Position numbers and translations under genes: made by a program
From: an uncultured delta proteobacterium
GTDB lineage: Bacteria > Myxococcota_A > Bradymonadia > REDH01
NCBI GenBank assembly: GCA_903873545.1
Contig: CAIQPA010000291.1
Location: forward strand, 1 to 44,544
Direction of reading: 5' to 3'
Length of the DNA: 44,544 bases
Shown: positions 25,811-35,650 of the stretch, piece after piece
How the letters are laid out: each line of letters starts with the position of its first letter
Position numbering within the stretch: the stretch's first letter is position 1
Notes under the pieces: model-generated
What the model saw: the letters and a program-made list of their open reading frames with translations, nothing else
The model's database searches: none
What the model was told of the DNA's origin: nothing

Positions 25811-26934
25811 TTCGACTCAGCCACCCCAACTTTGAGCCGCGCGATCTGGAGCGGATCGCCGAGGTGCTTGCTTCGGGGATGCTGATTCAAGGCAAGATGG
25901 TGGCAGAGACGGAGGCGCTGGCGGCCGCTTTCCTTGGTGCCGAAGTGGTGGCCTGCTCGAGCGGTACGGCGGCGGTGCATCTGGCGCTGATGGCGCTGGA
26001 TTTGCGGCCCGGCGACGAGGTCATCCTTCCCACCTTCACCTGGCCCTCGGTGGCCAACTGCGTGGTGCGCGAAGGGGCGACGCCGGTCTTTGTCGACATG
26101 GACCCCGCAACGCTCTCGCCCGGTGTGGCAGAGGTGGAGGCTGCGCTGACGCCATCTACGCGTGCGGTGATTGCGGTGCATCTGTTCGGGCTAGCCGCGC
26201 CTGTGGTCGAGATGGCTGCGATGTTGGAGGAGCGCGCGCCTTCGGTCCGGCTGATCGAAGATGCGGCCTGCGCGATTGGCACACGGGTTGGCGGCGCGAT
26301 GGCGGGCACCATCGGCTGGGTTGGGTGCGTGAGCCTCCATCCGCGCAAGATCGTGACAACGGGGGAGGGCGGTCTGCTGGTGACGCGCGACGCGGCGCTG
26401 GCCCGCCGGCTCCGCCGGCTGCGCAATCATGGCATGGAGCCCGGCGTCGAGGGGATGACCTTTCTGGATGCCGGCCTGAACTACCGGCTCTCGGAGCTGG
26501 GAGGTGCGCTCGGCGTGGGCCAGATGGAGCGGCTTGAGGGCATCATCGCAGCGCGCAGGAGCCTGGGCGAGCGCTACCTGGCTGCACTGCAGGACGAGCC
26601 GCTGGTGGAGATTCCGTCGGGCTGGCGAGACCCGGGTGCTGTCTTTCAGGCCTTCGTGGTCTGGTGGCGCGGGCAGACGCCGCGGCCACGGCTCGTCGCG
26701 CGGATGCGTGAACTTGGCGTGGAGACGACCATGGGGACCTACAGCTGTGCGTCGCAGCCCTTCTTCCGCGAGCAGTGCGGCACGCGCCCCGAGGCCTACC
26801 CCGTGGCAACGGCCGGCGCGTCAGAGTTGCTTTCGCTGCCGCTGCATCCGAAGATGGCGCTGTCGGAGGTGGAGACCGTGGTAGCTGCGTTGCGTCTGGT
26901 GGAGAGCGAGTGGCGGGAGGGCCTTCATGGGTAG
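25807..26934 (+). CDS. DegT/DnrJ/EryC1/StrS-family PLP-dependent sugar aminotransferase
   Basis: 375 aa. SSGTAAVHLALMAL, and the VSLHPRKIVTTGEGG box carrying the PLP lysine. ATGA overlap with the upstream gene. Confidence 0.9.
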   Translation: MIRLSHPNFEPRDLERIAEVLASGMLIQGKMVAETEALAAAFLGAEVVACSSGTAAVHLALMALDLRPGDEVILPTFTWPSVANCVVREGATPVFVDMDPATLSPGVAEVEAALTPSTRAVIAVHLFGLAAPVVEMAAMLEERAPSVRLIEDAACAIGTRVGGAMAGTIGWVGCVSLHPRKIVTTGEGGLLVTRDAALARRLRRLRNHGMEPGVEGMTFLDAGLNYRLSELGGALGVGQMERLEGIIAARRSLGERYLAALQDEPLVEIPSGWRDPGAVFQAFVVWWRGQTPRPRLVARMRELGVETTMGTYSCASQPFFREQCGTRPEAYPVATAGASELLSLPLHPKMALSEVETVVAALRLVESEWREGLHG

Positions 26935-27877
26935 CGTTTCGACAGAGACGGTGGTCGAGATCTCCGGCCTGGCGAAGACCTTCCGCATCGGTTTCTGGCG
27001 CAAGCAGGTTGCCGCGGTACGGCAGGCCTCGTTTTCGGTAGAGAGGGGCGAGATCTTCGGCCTCATCGGACCCAACGGCGCGGGCAAGACGACGACGCTG
27101 AAGATGCTGATGGGGCTCATCAAGCCCGATGCCGGCCGCGCGACCATCTTCGGCATCGATGCGTCGCAGGCCAGCTCTCGCGCCAAGGTCGGCTTCTTGC
27201 CCGAGACCCCTCATTTCTACGACTACCTCCGCGCCGACGAACTGCTCACCTACTTTGCCCACCTCTATGGCATGGAGAGCAAGGTGGCAGCGCGGCGTAT
27301 CCCGGAGCTCCTCGACCGTGTCGGACTGGGGCAGGTGGGCGACAAGCAGCTACGCAAGTTCAGCAAGGGCATGCTGCAGCGGGTTGGGTTGGCGCAGGCG
27401 CTGCTGCCCGACGCCGAGCTCGTGATCCTGGATGAACCGCAATCGGGGCTCGACCCGATGGGCCGGCGTGACGTGCGACAGATCATCGAGTCGCTCCGCG
27501 ATGAGGGCAAGACGGTGCTCTTCTCCAGCCATATCCTGCCCGATGTGGAGCAGATCTGCGACCGAGTCGCGATCATGGTTGGCGGCACGGTGCGAAAGGT
27601 GGGCCGTCTCGATGAACTGGTGGATGGATCGCTGCGTGATGTGGAGATTGTCGTACGCGGCGAGGAGGCCCATCTCGCGGGGTTGGCGGCGCTGGCGACC
27701 CGGACCACCCGAGAGCCGCTTGGGACAACCCGCTATCTGCTCGCGCCGGAGGCCTCGCTGGACGGCTTCCTGCAGGCGGTGCTGACGGCAGGAGGCTCTG
27801 TCATTTCGGTGGCGCCGCACCGCCAGCGGCTCGAAGATATCTTCCTCCTTGAGGCTGCTCGAAAGGAGGCGCCATGA
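26927..27877 (+). CDS. ABC transporter ATP-binding protein, in the position of M. xanthus pilH
   Basis: 316 aa. Walker A GPNGAGKTTT, signature FSKGMLQR, Walker B LVILDEP. Overlaps both neighbouring genes. Confidence 0.85.
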   Translation: MGSVSTETVVEISGLAKTFRIGFWRKQVAAVRQASFSVERGEIFGLIGPNGAGKTTTLKMLMGLIKPDAGRATIFGIDASQASSRAKVGFLPETPHFYDYLRADELLTYFAHLYGMESKVAARRIPELLDRVGLGQVGDKQLRKFSKGMLQRVGLAQALLPDAELVILDEPQSGLDPMGRRDVRQIIESLRDEGKTVLFSSHILPDVEQICDRVAIMVGGTVRKVGRLDELVDGSLRDVEIVVRGEEAHLAGLAALATRTTREPLGTTRYLLAPEASLDGFLQAVLTAGGSVISVAPHRQRLEDIFLLEAARKEAP

Positions 27878-28641
27878 AGACCGTAGCGGCCATTGCGCTC
27901 TACTCCTTCCGGGAGGCGGTGAGGAACAAGATCCTCTACTCCATCCTCTTCTTCGCCATCCTGCTCATCCTTCTCTCGGTGGTGCTTGGCTCTGCCTCGG
28001 TGAACCAGGACAGCCGGTTTCTGCTCGACATCGGTCTCTTCTCCATCAACATTTTCGGCGACATCATCGCCATCTTTCTGGGCATCACCTCGGTCTTCCA
28101 GGAGATCGAGCGCAAGACGCTCTACAATGTGCTCTCCAAGCCCATCGATCGGGCTACCTACTTCCTCGGCAAGTTCGGCGGCATCGCCATGACGCTGGCG
28201 GTGCAGCTGCTGCTGATGGCGGCTGCGCTCTCGGTGACCCTGCTCCTGCGTGGAGGCTCGGTCGACCTGCAGCTGCTGGGCGCCTTCTGGCTCACCTACG
28301 TTGAGTCGGTGATGATCGCCTCCTTTGCGCTCTTCTGTGGCTCCTTCTCGACGCCCTATGTGTCGGGGTTCATCACGCTTGGGGTCTGGCTTATCGGTCG
28401 TCTGGTGCAGGAGCTGGCGGCCTTTGTCGTCAAGGTGGAGGAGCCCGTAGCGCGCCACCTGCTGCAGGGGATTGTGGCGCTGGCGCCCGACCTCAACTTT
28501 TTCACCATCACAACGCAGCTGACCTACGGGTACCCTGTCGGGCTCGCCTACTTCGGTGCGGCGACGCTCTATGGGCTAGGCTACATCGCAGTGGCGATGG
28601 GCGCGGCGATCATCATCTTCCGTCGCCGCGACTTCATCTGA
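27874..28641 (+). CDS. ABC-2 type permease, in the position of M. xanthus pilI
   Basis: 255 aa with six hydrophobic segments. ATGA overlap with the ATPase gene. Confidence 0.7.
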   Translation: MKTVAAIALYSFREAVRNKILYSILFFAILLILLSVVLGSASVNQDSRFLLDIGLFSINIFGDIIAIFLGITSVFQEIERKTLYNVLSKPIDRATYFLGKFGGIAMTLAVQLLLMAAALSVTLLLRGGSVDLQLLGAFWLTYVESVMIASFALFCGSFSTPYVSGFITLGVWLIGRLVQELAAFVVKVEEPVARHLLQGIVALAPDLNFFTITTQLTYGYPVGLAYFGAATLYGLGYIAVAMGAAIIIFRRRDFI

Positions 28642-28647
28642 GGCTGT

Positions 28648-29328
28648 ATGCTCGAATCGCCTGATGAGCGGCCGTGGGGCCCGGGTCGGATCGCCAAGAG
28701 GCTGGGCGTGGTGGTGCTGCTGTTGGCGGCGCTCTTCGCGGTAGCGGCCGGTCGCGCCGCGGTCTCGTGCCGCAGTGATCGCAGGGCGGCGGAGGGCTTT
28801 CTGGCCGCCGGCGATCTCTCATCGGCGCTGCTCGCCGCCCGGCACGCGGCAGAGTGGTATGTGCCGCTCGACAGCTGCTCTGAGGCCGGTCTGACCCTGC
28901 TCGATCAGGTTGCTGCCAAGGCCGACGCGAGCGGTCAGGCCGAACTGGCGCTCGTGGCGCTCCGGAGCGCGCGCACCTCCATCATGCTGACACGCGGTCT
29001 CTATTCGCCGCACGCGGAGCGGTTGCCCCGGCTACATGCCGAGATTGCTGCGCGCATGGCTGCGGAGCGCCGCGCCTCGGGCAAGGCGCAGCCGGGCGAC
29101 CAGGCGCGCTATCTCGCGCAGCTCGACGGCCACGAGGCTCGCCGCCCCCATCCCTGGCTCGCGCTCGCCGGTTCGGTCGGCTTTGTTGGCTGGCTGGGCG
29201 CGGTGGCGGGGTTTGCCTGGTTTGGTCTCCGCGCCGACGGCAGTTTTGTCTGGCCTCGCGCCTTGCGCTGGGGTGGTGCGGCGCTCTTCCTCTTCTGCCT
29301 CTGGCTGACGCTGGTGCGGTATGCATAG
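28648..29328 (+). CDS. Hypothetical membrane protein
   Basis: 226 aa. An N-terminal anchor (LGVVVLLLAALFAVAAG), a helical middle and two C-terminal hydrophobic helices. GAGG lies 4 nt upstream of the ATG, and the stop overlaps the next start. Confidence 0.5.
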   Translation: MLESPDERPWGPGRIAKRLGVVVLLLAALFAVAAGRAAVSCRSDRRAAEGFLAAGDLSSALLAARHAAEWYVPLDSCSEAGLTLLDQVAAKADASGQAELALVALRSARTSIMLTRGLYSPHAERLPRLHAEIAARMAAERRASGKAQPGDQARYLAQLDGHEARRPHPWLALAGSVGFVGWLGAVAGFAWFGLRADGSFVWPRALRWGGAALFLFCLWLTLVRYA

Positions 29329-31147
29329 CGAGGGCCAGGCTGGGCGCCACGAGACCCTCGCCTGGCTGGTGGGGCCCAAGGGGCTGATGGTGCTGCTCTT
29401 CGGCTGCATCGCCGTGGTCTACGCAGCGACGCTCTCCACCGAGGTACTGGGTGGCGACGCCGGCGAGTTTGCGACGCTGGCAGGGGGGCCCGGCGTAGCG
29501 CATCCGCCCGGCTATCCGCTCTATACGATGCTGCTGCGGCTGCTCGACTTTGTGCCCATTGCATCGCCCGCGGCTCGGGCCTCGTTCCTAACGGCGCTCA
29601 TGGGAATGGGTGGCGCGGTGGCGCTCTTTCGTGCGGCGCTCGCCTGGGGTGCCGAGCCGCTGGCAGCGGGCGTTGCGGTCGTGTTTTGGGCCTTCGCACC
29701 GCTCACCTGGTCGCTGGCAACCAGCCCTGAGGTCTTTGTGCTGAACGCGGCACTCTGCGTCGCCATGGTTGCTGCAGCGGGCCCCTTCGCGCCGCAACGC
29801 GGGGCCCTTCGTGCAGTCCTGCTTGGTCTGCTCGCAGGGCTTGCGCTCGCCAACCATCACTCCGCGGTGCTGATGGCGCCGATTGGCATTTACGGGTTGG
29901 TGGTCGGCATCCGTGAGTCGGGCGCGCCATTGCGCGCGCTGGGTGGGGCACTGGCCGCAGCCCTGGTTGGCCTGCTCCCCTACGCGCTCCTCTCAAGCCA
30001 GGCTGCCAATCCGGAGGCGCTCTGGGTCTGGGGTGACTTCACGACCCTGCAGGGGCTGTGGCACCATCTCCTGCGCGCCGACTTCGGCACCCTGCAGCTC
30101 GGAATCCGTGCAGACAAGGTTGATGCCTGGACCCAGGTGGGCGCGCTCACCATCGCGGTCATGGAGCAGACCTACTGGGTCGGATTCATCGCCTTCCTTG
30201 GCGGTACCGTCTGGCTGCTGACGGCCCAGAACCGCTTTGCGCAGATGCCGCCCCGCCTTGCCGTCTTCCTGCTCGTTGTCACGCTGGTGTGTGTTGGCCC
30301 GCTCTTTGTTTCGCGGCTGAACCTGTCGCCTGTGGGTGTTGCAGCGCGCGTCGTAGAGCGGTTCTATCTGCTGCCGCTGACAATCGGCTCTGTCTTTGTG
30401 GCGCTTGGATTTGAGGGTTGGTTTCGGCGGCTCGAGCTGCGAAACGATGTTCAGTTCTCGATTCTCGGCGCGCTCATCACGCTGGCAGCGGCGATGTCGT
30501 TTCAGCAGGTCCGCGAGCATCACCGCCCCGACGTCTCTCGCTATGTCGAGAATGTCCTCGTCTCTGTGCCGACCGGTGCAGTCATTATGGGCACCGAGGA
30601 TCACAGGCTCTTCGGCTTCCTCTACCATCAGGCCGCGCTGGGTGAGCGGGCCGATGTGCAGTACCTCGACCCCACCATGATGCACTACGATTGGTACCGG
30701 GACCGCATGGCCGAGCTCACAGGACTGAAACTGCCGGAGCCGGAGGGCGATACCGTCAGCACGGTAGCGCTCGCCGATGCCGTCTTTAATGCAGGCCGGC
30801 CGCTGTTTGTGACCAACCTCTTCTCGTCCGGTATCCCGAAGAACTTCGCCACCTACCCGACCGGCCTTCTCCATCGCGTACTGCCGCGCGGGGCAGCTCC
30901 GCCCCACCCGCTGGAGGTGGAGCGGTTGAATGCGGAGCTGTTCGACCGTTACTGGCTGCCCGATTATCCTGCGGTCGAGGGAAGCTGGGCGGCGTTGGTT
31001 GCACTGGACTATGTCCGGCCGTGGGAACAGCTCGGCTCCGCGTTTTCGGCGATTGGTATGAGCGAGCGGGCGGAGGGTTGCCGCCGCCGTGCCGACGCGC
31101 TGCGTCCTACCCCTGCACCCACCTTTCGACGACGGCTCACGCGATGA
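29321..31147 (+). CDS. DUF2723 / TMEM260-like GT-C membrane glycosyltransferase
   Basis: 608 aa. The N-terminal GGDAGEFATLAGGPGVAHPPGYPLYTMLL is the hallmark DUF2723 motif. About 10 helices and a soluble C-terminal domain follow. Confidence 0.8.
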   Translation: MHSEGQAGRHETLAWLVGPKGLMVLLFGCIAVVYAATLSTEVLGGDAGEFATLAGGPGVAHPPGYPLYTMLLRLLDFVPIASPAARASFLTALMGMGGAVALFRAALAWGAEPLAAGVAVVFWAFAPLTWSLATSPEVFVLNAALCVAMVAAAGPFAPQRGALRAVLLGLLAGLALANHHSAVLMAPIGIYGLVVGIRESGAPLRALGGALAAALVGLLPYALLSSQAANPEALWVWGDFTTLQGLWHHLLRADFGTLQLGIRADKVDAWTQVGALTIAVMEQTYWVGFIAFLGGTVWLLTAQNRFAQMPPRLAVFLLVVTLVCVGPLFVSRLNLSPVGVAARVVERFYLLPLTIGSVFVALGFEGWFRRLELRNDVQFSILGALITLAAAMSFQQVREHHRPDVSRYVENVLVSVPTGAVIMGTEDHRLFGFLYHQAALGERADVQYLDPTMMHYDWYRDRMAELTGLKLPEPEGDTVSTVALADAVFNAGRPLFVTNLFSSGIPKNFATYPTGLLHRVLPRGAAPPHPLEVERLNAELFDRYWLPDYPAVEGSWAALVALDYVRPWEQLGSAFSAIGMSERAEGCRRRADALRPTPAPTFRRRLTR

Positions 31148-32289
31148 TGACGGTCCCCTTGCTCGACATGAAGTTGCTCCACCTTCGCCGCAAGCCGGAG
31201 ATTGAGCAGGCGGTTGCCCGCTGTCTCGAGCATCAGCAGTTCATCCTCGGTCCCGAGGCAGCCGCGCTCGAAGAGGAGCTCGCCGCATGGCTCGAGGTTC
31301 CGGGCTGGCGCGGCGTCGGAACCAGCTCGGGTACAGCGGCCCTGATGCTTGCGCTTCGGCTCCTTGCGCTTGGGGGCGACGACGAGGTCATCGTGCCCGC
31401 CTACTCCTTCATGTCGACGGCCAGCACGGTGGCGCTGGTAGGTGCCCGCCCCGTCTTCGCCGATGTGGATCCTCTGACGCTCAACCTGACCCCGGAGGCG
31501 ATGGTCGGCGCGCTAACGGCGCAGACACGGGCGGTCATTGCCGTGCACCTCTTCGGTCGCGCAGCCGATGTTGTCGCGCTTCGTGCGGCGCTTGCGGAGG
31601 CTGGTCGCAGCGATGTGCGCATCATCGAAGATGCAGCGCAGGGCCTCGGCGCGCGTCTTGACGGCCAGCCTGTTTGCACGCTCGGCGATGTTGGCTGTGT
31701 CTCCTTCTTCCCGGCCAAGAACCTGGGCGCCTACGGCGACGGCGGCATGGCTTTCGTCCGCACCGAGGCAGAGGTCCAGCAGCTCCGCATGGTCCGGCAG
31801 CATGGCTTTGCGGCCAAGTACAACAGCGTTGTCCTGGGCTACAACGCCCGCCTCGATGGCCTGCAGGCCGCCATCCTCCGTGCCAAGCTCCCCGACCTCC
31901 ACGCCGTCGAAGGGGAGCGGCGCGCCAATGCAGCTCGCTACCGTGCGCTCTTCGCTGCCGCCTCGTTGCCCGAAGCCTTCGCGCTGCCCGCCGACGATGG
32001 GCCAGACGGGCGCTTCTACCACGTCTACAACCAGTTCGTCGTCCGTGCGCCGCGGCGCGATGAGCTTGCGGCCTACCTCGACAAGCGCTCCATCGGCAGC
32101 GCGGTCTACTACCCCAAGACGCTGGCGCAGCAGCCCTCGCTGGCTGAGTTTGTGCCGGAGGGAGCGTCGTTCCCGAACGCGGAGGCTGCGACGCGCGACT
32201 CGCTCGCGCTGCCCATCTTCCCTGGGCTGACAGAGGCGCAGCAGGCCTATGTGGTGGAGGCGGTCTCCGCCTTCTACTCCGAGGGCTGA
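31144..32289 (+). CDS. DegT/DnrJ/EryC1/StrS-family PLP-dependent sugar aminotransferase (second copy)
   Basis: ORF 31021..32289, start taken at ATG 31144 (MMTVPLLDMKLLH), with an ATGATGA overlap with the upstream stop. Contains GTSSGTAALMLAL and the VSFFPAKNLGAYGDGG box carrying the PLP lysine. Confidence 0.9.
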   Translation: MMTVPLLDMKLLHLRRKPEIEQAVARCLEHQQFILGPEAAALEEELAAWLEVPGWRGVGTSSGTAALMLALRLLALGGDDEVIVPAYSFMSTASTVALVGARPVFADVDPLTLNLTPEAMVGALTAQTRAVIAVHLFGRAADVVALRAALAEAGRSDVRIIEDAAQGLGARLDGQPVCTLGDVGCVSFFPAKNLGAYGDGGMAFVRTEAEVQQLRMVRQHGFAAKYNSVVLGYNARLDGLQAAILRAKLPDLHAVEGERRANAARYRALFAAASLPEAFALPADDGPDGRFYHVYNQFVVRAPRRDELAAYLDKRSIGSAVYYPKTLAQQPSLAEFVPEGASFPNAEAATRDSLALPIFPGLTEAQQAYVVEAVSAFYSEG

Positions 32290-34283
32290 GCCGGACAGCG
32301 TTCCGCCCAGCGGGCTCTGACTTCGGGATTGGTCGTCGGGAAGGCTGCCGCGTTGCCGCATAGCTTGGTGCTCTGCGGATAGAGCCGCCAGCCGGCCTCG
32401 AGGGCAGCAAAGGCTTCGTCTGTGCGCCCCAGGTTGGCGAGCGCAACGGCAAGGTTGGAGAGTCGACTCGATGATGTCTCGAGGGTCGCGGCTCCGGCAA
32501 AGGCGGGCAGGGCGCCTGTCCAGTCGCCCGCGCGCGCAGCATCGGAGCCTCGCGCGCCATGCTGCTCTGCGAGCCAACCCCGGTAGGGTGCGAGCGATGC
32601 GCCCGAGGCGGCCCTCGCTGCCTGGCCAAAACGGAGGTCGAGCGCGCCGTCAACGTGCCTTCGTTCGTCGGGGCAGCTACCGCCCGGCGTAGCGATGGCG
32701 AGAGGCCAACAGTCGGTCAGTGCCGTTGCCGCCGGCAGGTCTGTGTCGCGCGTGAGACGCTCCCAGAGCACCGCGTGACCCGCCTCAGTGGCCCGTGCGA
32801 GGAGTCGTCCAAAGCGGGGTCGGAGATCGGCAAGGTCGCCGCTCTCCGGTGGTTCGCCGAGAAGCGAGAAGGGCTGGCGTGCGTCTAGGTAGCGGAGCGA
32901 AGCCTCTCGCGAGGCCTGCGAACGACCGAGCAGGTAGAGGTCGGGGCGCGCGTCGCCGGCGACCTGCAGGAAGAGGGTGCCGGCGATGAGGCTGTCGCTC
33001 GCGGGGAGGACAACGGCCTCGGGTGGCGCCGCGGCGAGCGCCATGGCGGCGAGGTCTTCAGCGCTCCAGTCATTGGCGAGGCCCACAGCGCGTGCGTCGG
33101 TGGGTGCCCGGAGCAGCAGGGCGAGGGCGAGCGCAGCGGCAGGAAGGAGCCAACGCTTACCGGAATCGGGGACTTCAGCGCGCTCGAGCCAGGCGATGCC
33201 AAGCAGCGGGAGCAGGAGTGCAGTCCACTGAAGGTTCTGCAGATCGCGGAGCCCCATGGGGTTGAGGAAGATGGCGTAGACGACCTCGATTGCAATCATC
33301 GTGGCCACCGCGGTGAGCGCTGATGGAGCCCTTTCGCTGCCTGTTCGCCAACGCAGCAGGCCAAACAACACCAACAGGCCTGCCGCGATGATGGGCGCAA
33401 AGCCTCCCAGCTGCCGCACCGCCTCGAGCAGGTGTTCGGAGGCGTGGGCAAGGCTCCCCATTTCGCCCGTGAAGGCCTCACGGATCTCGGTGCCGGCGAG
33501 CACCCGAAGCAGTGAGGGGAGGGTAGACGGGTCGCCCCAGTTGTGAGGGCCTCCGCGGAGCGCCGCCGCGACAAGGTAGAGGTTGGTGAGGCCTCCAATG
33601 AAGGCCCCCAGCGCGCCTAGAGCGAGCGCGCGTGTGCGGCGCGGCCCCGGAAGCTGACGGAGATGCAGCAAGACCACCACGGGCGCCCAGAGGCGGAAGA
33701 TGGCGTGATGGGCGAAGCCGAGGCCCAGGAGTAGGCCGAGCAGCAGCGAGAGGCGAAGGTCAGGTGTGTCGCGTCGCGCGTCGGCCTGCGCGAGCATCCA
33801 GACGAGTGCGGCACCGAGCAGAAGCGAGAGCCCATAGACCTCGGTGGTGCGGGCATGGATGCTCAGCGTCGCGATGCCATGGAGCGCAGCCACTGCCACG
33901 ACGAAGCCTAGCGCTTTCGAGGCCCGTGCGCGGAAGAGGGCTGCGACGAGCAGGCCGATGGCGGCGGCGGTCGCAGCGCCTGACAGCCAGGCGGAACGCC
34001 CGCCGAGGCTGCCTGCGGGCAGGAGCCCAGCGAGGTTGGTGAGCTGCGTGAGGAGTGGAAATCCCGTGGGGTGGGGCACCCCGAGCGAAAAGCCGGCGGT
34101 CGCAAAATCACCTGCATCAAGCCATCCGAGCCCTGGCGCGCTGTTCCACACGCAGACCGCCGCGACGATCCAACTCGCTACCCAGAGGGTGGTGGTCGCG
34201 TTATGGTTGGAGCGCGTTGTCACGACGAGGCCTCGCGTGGTAGCCGATAGGCGCTTCAAGCCCTGAAGATGCCCGCCCGTCAA
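32274..34283 (-). CDS. DUF2723 / TMEM260-like GT-C membrane glycosyltransferase with a C-terminal TPR-like region
   Basis: 669 aa. LDAGDFATAGFSLGVPHPTGFPLLTQL is a DUF2723 motif. Many helices follow, and the C-terminus has TPR-like text (ARAGDWTGALPAFAGAATLE..., LSNLAVALANLGRTDEAFAALEAG). The start is uncertain (TTG 34283 or GTG 34223). The 3' end overlaps the convergent DegT gene by 16 nt. Confidence 0.75.
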   Translation of the reverse strand: MTGGHLQGLKRLSATTRGLVVTTRSNHNATTTLWVASWIVAAVCVWNSAPGLGWLDAGDFATAGFSLGVPHPTGFPLLTQLTNLAGLLPAGSLGGRSAWLSGAATAAAIGLLVAALFRARASKALGFVVAVAALHGIATLSIHARTTEVYGLSLLLGAALVWMLAQADARRDTPDLRLSLLLGLLLGLGFAHHAIFRLWAPVVVLLHLRQLPGPRRTRALALGALGAFIGGLTNLYLVAAALRGGPHNWGDPSTLPSLLRVLAGTEIREAFTGEMGSLAHASEHLLEAVRQLGGFAPIIAAGLLVLFGLLRWRTGSERAPSALTAVATMIAIEVVYAIFLNPMGLRDLQNLQWTALLLPLLGIAWLERAEVPDSGKRWLLPAAALALALLLRAPTDARAVGLANDWSAEDLAAMALAAAPPEAVVLPASDSLIAGTLFLQVAGDARPDLYLLGRSQASREASLRYLDARQPFSLLGEPPESGDLADLRPRFGRLLARATEAGHAVLWERLTRDTDLPAATALTDCWPLAIATPGGSCPDERRHVDGALDLRFGQAARAASGASLAPYRGWLAEQHGARGSDAARAGDWTGALPAFAGAATLETSSSRLSNLAVALANLGRTDEAFAALEAGWRLYPQSTKLCGNAAAFPTTNPEVRARWAERCPAQPSE

Positions 34284-34302
34284 CCCTAACCGAGTCTGCT
34301 CC

Positions 34303-35541
34303 GTGTCGAGAATTCAAGTTGAGCGGGTCGCCCCGGCGACCGAAGCAGAGACCCGTGCCCGCCTCGCGCGGGCCAAACGGATTGTCATCAAGGTTGGCTC
34401 GAACGTCTTGGTCGGTGGCTCCGCCAACCTGATCGACCGGCACAATTTCTGCGCCATTGTAGAGACCATTGCGCGCCTTGCCGACGTGCCCGGCCGCCAC
34501 ATCGTCCTGGTGACCTCGGGCGCCGTGGCGGTGGGGCGTCGCACCATCGCTTCGCTCCGGCGCGCCGATGAGGGGCGCGCCGATACGCTGTCGGCCAAGC
34601 AGGCGCTGGCGGCGATAGGTCAGCCGCGCCTCATGCACCTCTACGGCGAAGAGTTCGCCTTCTACGGAAAGCAGGTCGCACAGGTGCTGCTCACGCGCGA
34701 CGACATCGCCAACCGAGAGCGCTTCCTCAACGCCCGCATCACCTTCCGCGAGATGGAGCTCGTACCCTCCATCATCCCCATCGTGAACGAGAACGATACG
34801 GTGGCCACCGAGGAGCTCCGCTTTGGCGACAACGACCAGCTCGCCGGATTGCTCACGAGCGTCGTCGGCGCCGACCTCCTGATCATCCTCTCCGACGTTA
34901 GCGCCGTCTTCGACGCCGACCCGACCCGCGACAACAGCGCCAACCCCATCGCGGTGGCCTTCGCAGACGACCCGGGGCTGCTCGCCATCGCCGGTCCCGC
35001 CAGCCAGGAGGGGCCTGGCACGGGCGGCATGGCCTCCAAGATCCGGGCCGCACGCATCGCCGCAGGTTACGGCGTGCCGACCATCATCGGGCCCGGTCGC
35101 GAACTCAGCGGACTCGGCGCGGCGCTGAGCGGCGGTCCGGGCTTCGGCACCCTGCTTGTACCGCGCGACCAACAGCTCGGCGCTCGCAAGAGCTGGATCA
35201 AGTTCGGCGCCCGCCCGAGCGGCGTTATCTCGGTCGATGCCGGCGCTTCGCGCGCACTCCGCGAGCTCGGTAAGTCGCTGTTGCCCAGCGGTCTGCTCGG
35301 GGTGAGCGGCGACTTCGGCCCAGGTGCCGCGGTCGACCTCCAGAACGAGGCGGGCAACACCTTTGCGCGCGGCCTGGTCGCCTATTCTGCATCGGAGATT
35401 CGTCGCCTGCGGGGCCTCCGCAGTGAGCAGATCACCGAAACGCTCGGCTACTCGAATGGCGACGCGGTGATTCATCGCGATGACCTGGTGCTGCTCGACG
35501 AAACCGGGGCTGCCGGAACGCTGGACCCGCTGCCCGAGTGA
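34303..35541 (+). CDS. proB: Glutamate 5-kinase with C-terminal PUA domain
   Basis: 412 aa. KRIVIKVGSNVL, PIVNENDTVATEELRFGDNDQLAGLL and a C-terminal PUA-like region (GVISVDAGASRAL...GDF..G). Confidence 0.9.
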   Translation: MSRIQVERVAPATEAETRARLARAKRIVIKVGSNVLVGGSANLIDRHNFCAIVETIARLADVPGRHIVLVTSGAVAVGRRTIASLRRADEGRADTLSAKQALAAIGQPRLMHLYGEEFAFYGKQVAQVLLTRDDIANRERFLNARITFREMELVPSIIPIVNENDTVATEELRFGDNDQLAGLLTSVVGADLLIILSDVSAVFDADPTRDNSANPIAVAFADDPGLLAIAGPASQEGPGTGGMASKIRAARIAAGYGVPTIIGPGRELSGLGAALSGGPGFGTLLVPRDQQLGARKSWIKFGARPSGVISVDAGASRALRELGKSLLPSGLLGVSGDFGPGAAVDLQNEAGNTFARGLVAYSASEIRRLRGLRSEQITETLGYSNGDAVIHRDDLVLLDETGAAGTLDPLPE

Positions 35542-35650
35542 CGCGCCGCGTTTCGTGCGAGGTGTGGCCAAACCGCCCAACACTCACTATCTGCGCGGCG
35601 CTGGCAGGCCTACGCCGCTCGCCCTACATTCACTCTGCTGGAGCATCTTC

